Shown here in pieces: positions 25,617 through 34,759 of a stretch of 64,000 nucleotides of DNA. The notes below the pieces were generated by a model that was not told where the DNA came from, did no database searches, and saw only the letters and a program-made list of their open reading frames with translations. Every line of letters begins with the position of its first letter. Positions within the stretch are counted from its first letter, which is position 1. The translations under genes were made by a program, and so were the position numbers. Origin of the DNA: Candidatus Calditenuis fumarioli. GTDB lineage: Archaea > Thermoproteota > Nitrososphaeria_A > Caldarchaeales > Calditenuaceae. Location of the stretch: assembly GCA_030059665.1 (NCBI GenBank), contig JANVYR010000001.1:672001-736000 (forward strand), given 5' to 3'.

Positions 25617-27716
25617 TCACGACCTCGCCTCGAACCGCAGCAGCTCCAGCGGGTGGAGCACCCTCATCCCGGTTCCCGACCTCAGGTGAAGGGCGCAGAC
25701 GCTGCTCTCCGTGACGATCGCGTCGAACCCTCCCGACCTGAAGGCGTCGAAGAGCCTCCTGCCCATCGCCTGAGAGAGCTTTCTCCCGATCGGCCCGGCC
25801 TTCATCCCGAAGGTTCCGGCCATGCCGCAGCACATCCCGTCGCCGACGACCTCGGCCTCTGCACCGGCCCTTCGCAGCAGCCAGAGAACGTTCTCGGCAC
25901 CGGAGAGGGCCCTCTGATGGCACGGGACGTGGACGCCGTACCTACCCCTCACCGGCCTCGCGGACAACCTGCCCGATGCCGCGAGCTCCCTCAGCAGCCC
26001 CAATGCTTCCACCGTTTTCCCCGCGACCTCCACAGAGGCCTCGTTGCGTAGCAGGTAGGGGTAGACGAACTTGAGCGCGTAGGTCGCCGTCGGCTCCAGA
26101 GATACGACGAGATAACCCCTGGAGGTGAACTCTCGCAGCACGCGGACGTTGTACTCCGCGATCCTCATCGCCCCCTTCAGGTCTCCGTAGGCCACCAGCG
26201 GGTAGCCCGAGGTCCTAACGTCGGGGACATCCACCTCGATCCCGGTTTCCTGCAGCAGCGCGATCATCCCCTCGGCCAGGTCAGGCCTGACGTACTCGTA
26301 GAAGAAGTCCGGGAAGAGCGCGACCCGCATCACGGGGTTCTCGGGCCTCCGCATCACCCTCCCCAGACGCGCCCTCAAGCTCCTCTCCGCGAAGGGAGGA
26401 ACCTCTGCATCCCTGTCCAGGCCCAGCAACCTCTCCATCAACCACCTGAAGGTACGGGACCTCAGCGCCCAGTTGGCGACGGGCGCGAACCTCGAGGCCA
26501 GTGCTCCGAACCGCTCGTAGGCCATCATGACCCTGTTGACCCAGGGGAATCCGCGGGACTCCGCGTCGAGCTCCTTCACCCGCGCTATCATCATCGGTAT
26601 GTTGATCTCCACTGGGCAGACCTCCCTGCAGAGGCCGCAGGAGATGCAGAGGTGCGCGAAAACGGCACGATCGAGGCCGTGGACGTTCGCGGTCCAGGGT
26701 ATACCGATGGGCCCTGGGTAGATGTGCCCGAAGACGTGACCGCCGACGACGCTGTACGGAGCGCAGACGTTCATGCAGGCCCCGCACCGGATGCAGTAGA
26801 GGGCCTCCCTGAAGACCGGATCTTCCCTCATCCTCCTACGGCCGTTGTCGAGCAGAACCACGTGCAGCTCCCTCCCCTCGGACCCTGGCAGCTCCATCCT
26901 CCCTCCCATCACGGAGACGTAGACGGTCAGCCTCTGGCCCGTGGCGGCCACCGCGTGGGACCTGGCGAGCATCAGGGCCTCCTCGACTGTACTCACCACC
27001 TTCTCGATGCCTAGGAGGACGATCTGGATTCTCGGCAGCGAGGCGACGAGCCTGCCGTTCCCCTCGTTCGTCTCCAGCACCACCGCACCCAGCTCCGCGA
27101 TCGCGACGTTGGCGCCGTTGATGCCGACGTCAGCCTCGAGGAACTTCCGCCTGAGCCTCTCCCTGACGTACCTGAGCACCGCGCCTATCTCCGGCTCAAG
27201 CCTCACTCCTGCCTCCGCGGAGAAGAGCCCTGCCACCTCCTCGACCGTCCTGTGTATCGCGGGGAAGACCAGGTGGCTCGGCCTCTCCTTCGCCAGCTGG
27301 ATGATCCGCTCGCCGAGGTCCGTCTCGATCACCTCGATCCCAGCACCCTCGAGAACCCCGTTCAGCTCGATCTCCTCGCTGGTGAGGGACTTAGACTTGA
27401 CGACGGTCCTGGCGCCTGCCCTCTCCGCTATCCCGAGGATTATCTCGCAGGCCTCTTTCGCGTCCGCTGCGAAGTGCACCTTCGCTCCCCTCGCCTCGGC
27501 GTTCCTGACGAACTCCCGCACCAGCTCCTCGAGCTCCTCGACGCTCCTCTCCTTGATCGCCCTCACACCAGCCCTGAACGACGCGTAGTCCTCGAACTCC
27601 GCTATCGCCCGCTCCCTACCCCTCAGACCCCTGAGCATGGCCGCGTACAGCCCCCTCACCCCTCCCCTCCGGATCGACTCGGAGACGGCCCGCTCGAGCT
27701 CCCGGTACGTCATCAC
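25617..27716 (-). CDS. LutB/LldF Fe-S protein fused to a CCG (LutA/GlpC-like) domain
   Basis: KSKSLTSEE, ETDLGE, SHLVFPAIH, CIRCGACMNVC, CISCGLCREVCP, then HVPCHQ and CCGMAGTFG. Confidence 0.9.
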   Translation of the reverse strand: MMTYRELERAVSESIRRGGVRGLYAAMLRGLRGRERAIAEFEDYASFRAGVRAIKERSVEELEELVREFVRNAEARGAKVHFAADAKEACEIILGIAERAGARTVVKSKSLTSEEIELNGVLEGAGIEVIETDLGERIIQLAKERPSHLVFPAIHRTVEEVAGLFSAEAGVRLEPEIGAVLRYVRERLRRKFLEADVGINGANVAIAELGAVVLETNEGNGRLVASLPRIQIVLLGIEKVVSTVEEALMLARSHAVAATGQRLTVYVSVMGGRMELPGSEGRELHVVLLDNGRRRMREDPVFREALYCIRCGACMNVCAPYSVVGGHVFGHIYPGPIGIPWTANVHGLDRAVFAHLCISCGLCREVCPVEINIPMMIARVKELDAESRGFPWVNRVMMAYERFGALASRFAPVANWALRSRTFRWLMERLLGLDRDAEVPPFAERSLRARLGRVMRRPENPVMRVALFPDFFYEYVRPDLAEGMIALLQETGIEVDVPDVRTSGYPLVAYGDLKGAMRIAEYNVRVLREFTSRGYLVVSLEPTATYALKFVYPYLLRNEASVEVAGKTVEALGLLRELAASGRLSARPVRGRYGVHVPCHQRALSGAENVLWLLRRAGAEAEVVGDGMCCGMAGTFGMKAGPIGRKLSQAMGRRLFDAFRSGGFDAIVTESSVCALHLRSGTGMRVLHPLELLRFEARS

Positions 27717-27717
27717 C

Positions 27718-28269
27718 TCACACCTCCAGGAAGACCACCGTTGTGTGTGGTCCGTGCACGCCGAGCGTCAGCCTGAGCTCTATGTCGCCGGTCCTGCTCG
27801 GCCCAGAGATCAGCGTCACCGCGAAGCCCCTGCTCTGAGCTGCCCTCCTGATCAGGCCAGCGACCTGAAGGAGGTCCGGGAGCACAGCTTCGGCCCTGAT
27901 GTGGGCGACGTGGACCGGAGGTAGAGCGGAGACCAACCTGTCGGACTCGGTGTGGCAGACCTCGACGATCGATCCCGTTTCGGCGACCGCCGCTGCCGGG
28001 AAGGTTACGCCGGCCCCGCAGCCCTCGATGCTCGCCGCGTCTGCGCCCGGTGGAACCACCTCGAACCGTCCGCGGAGCTCTCGGATCAGATCGCTCGACC
28101 TGTTGTCGCCGGAGGAGGCCACAGCCACCCGTTTCACCCCTCTCCTCTCCAGCCACTCCGCTATGCCCCGGACGGCCCCGTCCCAGCCGCGCGTGACCAC
28201 GACCTCGCCGTTCTGGTCGGTGAACCTCTCCGCAAACCTCCTCACGACCTCGCCGACCTCCGGCTGCAA
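27718..28269 (-). CDS. lutC: LutC/YkgG (LUD-domain) protein
   Basis: AETGSIV, LPPVHVA and ISGPSRTGDIELRLTLGVHGP motifs. Confidence 0.92.
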   Translation of the reverse strand: MQPEVGEVVRRFAERFTDQNGEVVVTRGWDGAVRGIAEWLERRGVKRVAVASSGDNRSSDLIRELRGRFEVVPPGADAASIEGCGAGVTFPAAAVAETGSIVEVCHTESDRLVSALPPVHVAHIRAEAVLPDLLQVAGLIRRAAQSRGFAVTLISGPSRTGDIELRLTLGVHGPHTTVVFLEV

Positions 28270-28293
28270 CCCACGACGGCATCAGCCCATCGC

Positions 28294-28300
28294 TATAAAA
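28294..28300 (-). promoter_or_regulatory. TATA box of lutC-lutB
   Basis: TTTTATA about 25 nt upstream of the TTG at 28269. Confidence 0.55.
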
Positions 28301-28395
28301 GTGGGGATCGCAACGGGTTCCGAGAGGTCAACTGTGGGGACGCAGGCGCGGGAACCCGGCACGATCCGATGGGACGCCTCAATCGCGGCGAACCA

Positions 28396-28402
28396 CTAAA
28401 TA
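28396..28402 (+). promoter_or_regulatory. TATA box of tRNA-Val
   Basis: CTAAATA 25 nt upstream of the tRNA 5' end. Confidence 0.5.
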
Positions 28403-28426
28403 CTGTGGCTCAACAGTCCTGTCTGC

Positions 28427-28498
28427 GGGGCCGTGGTCTAGTGGCATGACGCCGCCCTCACACGGCGGAGGTCGTGGGTTCGATTCCCACCGGCCCCA
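28427..28498 (+). tRNA. tRNA-Val (anticodon CAC), no intron, CCA not encoded
   Basis: Acceptor stem GGGGCCG/CGGCCCC, anticodon arm CCGCC-CTCACAC-GGCGG, T arm GTGGG-TTCGATT-CCCAC, discriminator A. Confidence 0.97.
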
Positions 28499-28617
28499 TC
28501 CGATAAGTTGGGCAACTCTCGTCCACGGCGGGTCACTTGCTGAGCTTCGGCCCCTCGGCGAGAGGTCGGTTCGGCGTGACGTGAGCAATATATTAGACCG
28601 GTTGAGGACGGATCGCC

Positions 28618-28950
28618 GTGGCGGAGCAGATCGACATCTCCGAGTTCAGGAAGGTCGACATCAGGATAGGGAAGGTAGTCGAGGCCGAGCGGGTCCAGGG
28701 GACCGACAGGCTGATCAGGCTGACCGTGGACTTCGGAGGCGTCCGGAAGCAGGCCCTTACGGGACTCGGTCACCTCTACCAGCCCGAGCACTTCCTGGGA
28801 AGGAAGTTCGCCTTCGTCACGAACCTTAAGCCGAAGAAGGTGAGGGGTCTCGTGTCCGAGTGCATGATCCTTGCGGCCATGAAGGACGAGAACGACGTGG
28901 TCCCTCTGGTCCCGGAGAGGGACATCGCCGAGGGCTCTCAGGTCCTCTGA
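28618..28950 (+). CDS. tRNA-binding OB-fold protein (MetRS C-terminal / Trbp111 / CsaA family)
   Basis: FRKVDIRIGKV, TNLKPKKVRGLVSECMILAA. Confidence 0.92.
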   Translation: MAEQIDISEFRKVDIRIGKVVEAERVQGTDRLIRLTVDFGGVRKQALTGLGHLYQPEHFLGRKFAFVTNLKPKKVRGLVSECMILAAMKDENDVVPLVPERDIAEGSQVL

Positions 28951-29366
28951 CCCCTCAGGAACTCCTCAGCGGCCGCGAGCACCTCCCTCGACGTCCTGAA
29001 CCTCAGCCTGGACATCGCCTCCTCGAAGGGCAGCCACTCGAACCCCTTGTGCTCGTGGGAGATCCTCACGTCGGTAGTTTTGGATTTTCCAAGATAGTAG
29101 ACGACGCTCTTATGCACTTTCTCACCCTTCTCGGTGTAGAAGTAGCTGATCTCCTTCCGGAAGCCGAAGAGGACCTCGACGTCGTTCAGGCCGGTCTCCT
29201 CGCGGAGCTCCCTCAGGGCGGCCCTGATGTCGCTCTCCCCCTGCTCCACGTGGCCCTTCGGGAAGTCCCAGTGACCGCTGGGGTAGTGGAGAAGCAGATA
29301 GAGCCTGGTGCCGTCCTCGCGCTCGGAGAAGACGACGAAGCCCGCGGACCTCTCCCTTCTGACCAT
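28938..29366 (-). CDS. NUDIX hydrolase, Ap4A hydrolase-like
   Basis: HWDFPKGHVEQGESDIRAALRELREETG, SHEH. Confidence 0.93.
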   Translation of the reverse strand: MVRRERSAGFVVFSEREDGTRLYLLLHYPSGHWDFPKGHVEQGESDIRAALRELREETGLNDVEVLFGFRKEISYFYTEKGEKVHKSVVYYLGKSKTTDVRISHEHKGFEWLPFEEAMSRLRFRTSREVLAAAEEFLRGQRT

Positions 29367-29370
29367 CCGC

Positions 29371-31380
29371 TCAGCGGATCTGCCTCCTCAGCTCCTCGTA
29401 AGCGGTCTTGATCTCCTCAACGGTCGCCTCATCCTCGAGGGTCGTGACGTCGCCCAACGGCGCGTTCATCAGGACCGCCCTCAGCAGCCTCCTCATGATC
29501 TTCCCGCTCCTGGTCTTGGGAAGGGCCCTGACGAAGACCACCTCCCTCGGCACCATTATCGGTCCGTACCTCTCCCTTATCCACCTCATCAGCTCGGCCT
29601 TCAGCTCGCCCGACGGCTGGTGTCCTGACTTGAGGACGACGAACGCCACCGGAGCCTCGCCCTTGACCTCGTCCGGAACGCCCACCACGGCCGACTCCGC
29701 AACGGACGGGTGAGCGACGAGCGCCGACTCGAGCTCGTAGGTGCCTATCCTGTGGCCGGCGACCTTGAGGACCTCGTCAGCCCTTCCAGCGACCCAGATG
29801 TAACCGTCCTCGTCCCTGATCGCGTAGTCGCCTGTGTAGTAAACCCCTGGGAACCTGGACCAGTACACCCTGTTGTAGCCCTCCGGATCCCCCCACATGC
29901 CGGTGGGAGGAGCGAGCATCCCGGGCCAGGGCCTCTTGATCACGAGGAAGCCCTTCGATCCGGCCGGCAGGGACCTTCCCTGCTCGTCGACCACGTCCAC
30001 CTCTATCCCAGGAAGCGGAGGGCCGTTGGTGCCGGGCTTCAGCGGGACAAGCGCCAGCCCGGGAGCGTGGCTGATCAGGATCCCACCGGTCTCGGTCTGC
30101 CACCAAGTGCTCCCGACCGGGCACCTCCCTCCGCCGACCACCTCGTAGAGCCACCTCCAGGCCGACGGGTTGATCGGTTCGCCGACGCTGTGGATCAGCC
30201 TCAGCGTCGAGAGGTCGTGCCTCTTCACGTGCTCGTCGCCGAAGCGGATGAGCATCCTGACGGCCGTCGGGGTGGTGTAGAGGATCGTGACGCCGTACCT
30301 CTCCACTATCGACCACCACCTGTCTGGTGCCGGGTAGTCGGGCGTTCCCTCGTACATCACGATCGTTGCTCCCTCCATCAGCGGCCCGAAGACGACGTAG
30401 CTGTGCCCCGTGACCCATCCTATGTCGGCCGTGCAGAAGTAGACGTCCTCGTCCCTTATGTCGAAGACCCACTTCATCGTGGCGTGGAGGAGGACGGAGT
30501 AGCCGTGGTGGTCGTGGATGATGCCCTTGGGCTTCCCGGTGGTACCTGAGGTGTAGAGCACGTAGAGCGGCTCATCGCAGGTCATCCTCTCGGGCTCCAC
30601 GTAGGCGTTCACGGGGACCTCAGCGAGCAGGTCGTCGAGGAAGACGTCGCGTCCATCCGTCATCGGTACATCGGCCCCGAGCCTACTGACGACGACCACC
30701 TTCCTGATGCCGTCGTAGAGCCTGATCGCCTCATCGGCGATCTTCTTCAGCTCGATGACCCGACCCCTCCTGTAGAACCCGTCGGCGGTGATCAGGTACC
30801 TGGCTCCGAGGTCCCTCATCCTCATCGCGAGGTTCTCGCCGGTGAAGCCGCTGAAGACGACGGTGAAGACAGCGCCGAGCCTGGCGCATGCCAGCATCAC
30901 CGCTGGGAGCTCCGGAACCATCGGCATGTAGATCGCCACCCTCTCCCCCCTCGAGACGCCCAGACGCCTGAGGGCATGGGCTATCCTGTTGACGAGCCTC
31001 CAGAGGTCGAAGTAGGTGAGGACGCGCCTCTCTCTCGGTTGGCCCCTCTCGTCGACCGGCTCACCCTCCCAGATGATCGCGACCTTGTTCCGCCTCCAGG
31101 TCCTGACGTGCCTGTCGAGGCAGAGGTGGGAGACGTTGATCTCGCCGCCGACGAACCAGCGGTAGACGTTCGGGTGCTCGCCTGGAACGAGGACCCTATC
31201 CCACTTCCTGAACCACTCCAGCTCCTCCGCGACCCTACCCCAGAAGCCCTCCAGGTCCTCGACCGCGGCACGGTGGAGCTCGAAGTACGACTTCGGGTCC
31301 ACGACTTTACCCGAGTGGCTCGCCGGGACGATCCTCTCCTCAAACGGAAGGGGTTCGCCCATGATGCCCTCGGACGACAT
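29371..31380 (-). CDS. acs: Acetyl-CoA synthetase (AMP-forming)
   Basis: YTSGTTGKPKG, WWQTETG, GRADEV and PKTRSGKIMRR motifs. Confidence 0.96.
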   Translation of the reverse strand: MSSEGIMGEPLPFEERIVPASHSGKVVDPKSYFELHRAAVEDLEGFWGRVAEELEWFRKWDRVLVPGEHPNVYRWFVGGEINVSHLCLDRHVRTWRRNKVAIIWEGEPVDERGQPRERRVLTYFDLWRLVNRIAHALRRLGVSRGERVAIYMPMVPELPAVMLACARLGAVFTVVFSGFTGENLAMRMRDLGARYLITADGFYRRGRVIELKKIADEAIRLYDGIRKVVVVSRLGADVPMTDGRDVFLDDLLAEVPVNAYVEPERMTCDEPLYVLYTSGTTGKPKGIIHDHHGYSVLLHATMKWVFDIRDEDVYFCTADIGWVTGHSYVVFGPLMEGATIVMYEGTPDYPAPDRWWSIVERYGVTILYTTPTAVRMLIRFGDEHVKRHDLSTLRLIHSVGEPINPSAWRWLYEVVGGGRCPVGSTWWQTETGGILISHAPGLALVPLKPGTNGPPLPGIEVDVVDEQGRSLPAGSKGFLVIKRPWPGMLAPPTGMWGDPEGYNRVYWSRFPGVYYTGDYAIRDEDGYIWVAGRADEVLKVAGHRIGTYELESALVAHPSVAESAVVGVPDEVKGEAPVAFVVLKSGHQPSGELKAELMRWIRERYGPIMVPREVVFVRALPKTRSGKIMRRLLRAVLMNAPLGDVTTLEDEATVEEIKTAYEELRRQIR

Positions 31381-31451
31381 GACCTTAACACTCCCGCGAC
31401 CCGTCCAACGGATAAGCCTTCAGGCACACGTAAAGCCGTGGTCGGAGAACG

Positions 31452-32503
31452 TCAGCTCAGGTCCTTTTCCTCGGCTGCACCGGTCCGCCTGAACTTCCCC
31501 TTCCAGAAGGCCGGATAGGTTCCCCGCTCCATCAGGACGACGTCCGTCCTCACGAAGACGCCTCCCTCGTCGAAGTCGAGCGCCGACTTCTCGGCTTTGC
31601 CGAGGGCCACCAGCTCGCCCTTCAGCGTGAAGATCGCAACGAGGTCGCCCTTCTCGATGGTCCGGTCGTAACGCGCCACCCCGGGCGTCGCCAGTGGGGC
31701 TCCGTGGCATATGGCATCGACCGCCGTGTCGAGCACTTCCACCCTCGGGAGGTGTGCGACCAGCTCCTCGGGGTTCCGGACGATCTCCCTGAGCCAGGAC
31801 CCGTCGCCCTCCAGATAGGACCTGTAGGCGGCGTAGACCTCCAGCAGGCTGTGGGCCTGGGACTCGTGGAGGTTCCCGACCCTGGTGCGCCTGAGCTCGC
31901 GAAGGTGGGCTCCTGTTCCCAGCAGAAGGCCGACGTCGTGGCAGAGCTTCCGGACGTAGGTCCCTCCGCTGACGACGACCCTGAAGAGGACGTCCCTCCC
32001 CTCCCTCTCGAGGACCTCGAGCTCGTAGACCGTCCTGAGCCTGGGCCTCCTGGCGACCCTCGACCTGACGGGTGGGGTCTGGTAGATCTCGCCGACGAAC
32101 TTGGTCAGCGCCTCCGCCAGCTCCCTGTCCGAGACGTCGCCGTGCAGCCGCATTACGCCCACGTACTCCTTGGGCAGGCCCGTCACCGCCTGCGTGAGCC
32201 TCGTGGCCCTTCCCAGCAGCACCGGGAGGACGCCGGTTACAGCGGGATCTCCCCCGCCCCGAGGGCGCCAAGGGTCCCGCCGTGGCCGGCCTGCTCGACG
32301 CCGAGTATCCGGCGGACGGATGCCACCACGTCCTGGCTCGTAGGCCCGGCGTGCTTGTCCGCGACGAGGTACCCGAACTCGAGCAGATCCCGCAGGGTCC
32401 GGTCCTCGGGACGCTTGCCGTACCTCTCGTCGGTCGTCGCGTCCACCACCGTCACGATCTCCCTCTCACGCTCTCTGAAGGGGTCGGAGTAGACGAACCT
32501 CAA
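31452..32503 (-). CDS. cbf5: H/ACA pseudouridine synthase Cbf5 (TruB + PUA), two exons: 32503-32269 and 32248-31452
   Basis: Exons of 235 + 797 nt give 344 codons. Splicing restores GHGGTLD-PAVTGVLP; downstream YQTPP, SGGTYVRKLCHD and PUA domain. TTG start overlaps the rpl14e stop. Confidence 0.93.
32249..32268 (-). other. 20-nt archaeal BHB intron in cbf5
   Basis: GCGGGA/UCCCGC outer stem, CCCU/GGGG 4-bp helix, UGG and AGA 3-nt bulges, CGCCC-UCG-GGGCG inner hairpin. Cutting after nt 2 of each bulge yields CTT G|AT CCC. Confidence 0.9.
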
Positions 32504-32790
32504 CTGACCCCGACCTTCACCCTCGACCTCACGTACTCGATGAGACCCGCCTCTTCCAGCGCCCTCTTCACCTCCTCGTCGGACGCTCCCCTCGCTATCC
32601 TGACCTTGTGCGGGGTGAAAGCCAGGTGGAGCACGTTGACCCTGCGCCTCCTGACGCCCGATACCTCCTTGGGCCCGGTCACCACCACGAACCCGTCCTC
32701 CTTGTCGACGTCCACGATCACGCACTTCAGCCCCGCCTCCCTTCCCCTCGTCTTCACCGCGATCCTCCCGATCTCCTCATCCAGGCCCAT
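32500..32790 (-). CDS. rpl14e: 50S ribosomal protein L14e
   Basis: IGRIAVKTRGREAGLKCVIVD...VTGPKEVSGVRRRRVNVLHL; conserved rpl14e-cbf5 linkage. Confidence 0.96.
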   Translation of the reverse strand: MGLDEEIGRIAVKTRGREAGLKCVIVDVDKEDGFVVVTGPKEVSGVRRRRVNVLHLAFTPHKVRIARGASDEEVKRALEEAGLIEYVRSRVKVGVS

Positions 32791-32888
32791 GCCAGCGGCA
32801 CAGTCCATCAACCCAAATTTGAACGCTAACGACGCTGGAGGCGTCTGAGGGCGGAAGCGCAATAACCCGCGGGCTCGGTGGCCGGTGC

Positions 32889-33461
32889 GTGGGCGCAGAG
32901 GAGGAGGTCTACGAGCGGTTGCTGAGGGCCCACGCGGAGGAGGTGAGGTCGCAGGGGCTCGCGAAGGTCCCGGAGGAGCTGCTCGACGCGATCGCCGCGC
33001 ATGCCTCATCGCTGAGGAGGGCCATCAGGACCGCCGCGGAGAAGGGGTCGGTACACCAGAGGCTGAGGGAGCGGGAGCTCGAGGTCATGCGGAGGGTTCT
33101 GGCCGATCTGCTCGAGCGGAGGCTGGCGAAGGTCGTCGGTGCGGCACTGGAGGGAAGGGTGCCTGAGAACGCGCTGCTCTTCGAGCTGCAGCTGTACCAG
33201 GAGCTCCGGACCGCCCTCGACTCCTACAGGGACCTCATGCTGCAGGCGGTGGAGGACCTGGACCTCCGGGGCTGCACATACCGGAGGGGACAGGCTCTGC
33301 TGGTCTTCACGGAGGACCACCCTGCGGTTACGGACGAGGAGGGCAGAAGAAGGGGCCCCTTCAGGCGAGGCTCCATTGCCTCCCTGCCACCGGTGACCGC
33401 GCTGCTCGCGCTGGACGCCGGAAAGGCGCGGCGCATCCCGCCACCACGGAGGCCGGAATAG
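32889..33461 (+). CDS. GINS complex subunit (Gins51/Gins15 type)
   Basis: Helical A domain (LLERRLAKV) and C-terminal B domain GPFRRGSIASLP...LALDAG. Confidence 0.75.
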   Translation: MGAEEEVYERLLRAHAEEVRSQGLAKVPEELLDAIAAHASSLRRAIRTAAEKGSVHQRLRERELEVMRRVLADLLERRLAKVVGAALEGRVPENALLFELQLYQELRTALDSYRDLMLQAVEDLDLRGCTYRRGQALLVFTEDHPAVTDEEGRRRGPFRRGSIASLPPVTALLALDAGKARRIPPPRRPE

Positions 33462-33515
33462 CCGAATCTCCAGTAACCAATATTCATATGACGGTGCGGC
33501 CGAGCAGGGCCGGCG

Positions 33516-34670
33516 TTGTCTATCCCGAAGAGCAGCGTCGGGTATCTAACGCAGGTCTATCAGAACGTCTCCGAGGTCGACTGGTCCGGGGCCGAGGCAC
33601 TCTACAACTCCCTCAGGTCCGCGGGCGTGATCATCCCTGACGGGGAGGGGAGGAGCAAGGGAGCGCTGAGCATCGTCTGCAGCGAGATCGCCAAGATGCG
33701 CGGCGGCAAGGTCGTGATCGACAGGGCCGACATAGGATTTCCGGACAGGGACGTGGACGGAGCTGCACCGATCCTGAGGGAGAGGTACGGCCCAGTATCC
33801 CTGCTGATCTTCTCCGGCAGCGGACGGTCGCTGATACCGCTGGTCGACGCGCAGAAGCTGGCGCTCTACATCACCAAGTCGGGCAGGAGGAGGGACTACA
33901 GCATCGACGTGGTCACGAGCGACCCCAGCTCACCGCTGGGCAGGCTCGGGATGGAGTTCGGGACGTGCCTCGTCGTGAAGGGGAGGGAGCTGGAGGAGGA
34001 CACGGTCGACACCTCTGCCTTCAAGTCCGTCGGCATCCTCGGCGACGTCTTCATCCTCGGCGCCAGCCTCGTGCTCCAGGCCATCGCAGAGTCCCTCTAC
34101 TCGGGCAGGCCCTCCGAGATACGGAGCAGGGCCGCGAGGCTGATGGAGGAGACGAACGCGGTGGTTGAGAGGTTCGTCAACAGCGACTTCCTCACCGAGC
34201 TCGTCAGCCTCCTCGAGAGGAGGAACCTCTGTTTCTTCGCTGGCCTCGGGAGCGGACGTGAGGTGGCCCGGATGACCGCGGTCAGGATGGGTCACGTCAA
34301 GAGGGCGATAGGCGATCAGGTCTACGTCGCCGGCGAGTCGAGCACCCCGCCTCCGAGGGCAGGAGACGTGCTGGTGGTGATATCCTACAGCGGCGAGACG
34401 GAGGTCGTCGCGGCCTGGTGCAAGAACTTCAAGAAGCTCGGGGGGACGATCGCCTCGATCCTCGGCAGGAAGGGGACCACCATCGAGTCGCTCTCGGACA
34501 TGGTCTTCCACATCGAGACGGAGGTCGAGCCCGGCGCACCGAACGACTTCTACATCAAGGCGGCCTTCGCCACCAGTCCCCTGCCCATCTACCTGATCGA
34601 GAAGCTGCAGGAGAGGGGGCTCAAGCTCCCCGAGTACATCATCCGCTGGTACCACTCGGTGACCGGCTGA
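33516..34670 (+). CDS. Tandem SIS-domain protein (3-hexulose-6-phosphate isomerase-like)
   Basis: Two repeats: GEGRS...IFSGSGRS...VTSDPSSPLG and GLGSG...VISYSGETEVV. Confidence 0.75.
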   Translation: MSIPKSSVGYLTQVYQNVSEVDWSGAEALYNSLRSAGVIIPDGEGRSKGALSIVCSEIAKMRGGKVVIDRADIGFPDRDVDGAAPILRERYGPVSLLIFSGSGRSLIPLVDAQKLALYITKSGRRRDYSIDVVTSDPSSPLGRLGMEFGTCLVVKGRELEEDTVDTSAFKSVGILGDVFILGASLVLQAIAESLYSGRPSEIRSRAARLMEETNAVVERFVNSDFLTELVSLLERRNLCFFAGLGSGREVARMTAVRMGHVKRAIGDQVYVAGESSTPPPRAGDVLVVISYSGETEVVAAWCKNFKKLGGTIASILGRKGTTIESLSDMVFHIETEVEPGAPNDFYIKAAFATSPLPIYLIEKLQERGLKLPEYIIRWYHSVTG

Positions 34671-34759
34671 TCTCCGAACGCCCGACCTCCTCACGTGCCG
34701 GGCCGCTCCCTCCCCTGCTGGGGTAAAGGAGAAAAGGGCCGCTCTGCCCACTACATCTC

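Noticed and set aside
28427-28520. tRNA-Val as an integration site with att duplication
   Set aside because: No second copy of the tRNA 3' end and no integrase in the window; flanking genes are housekeeping.
31452-32503. cbf5 as a frameshifted pseudogene
   Set aside because: The 20-nt insertion forms a canonical BHB at the known intron position and both exons are otherwise intact.
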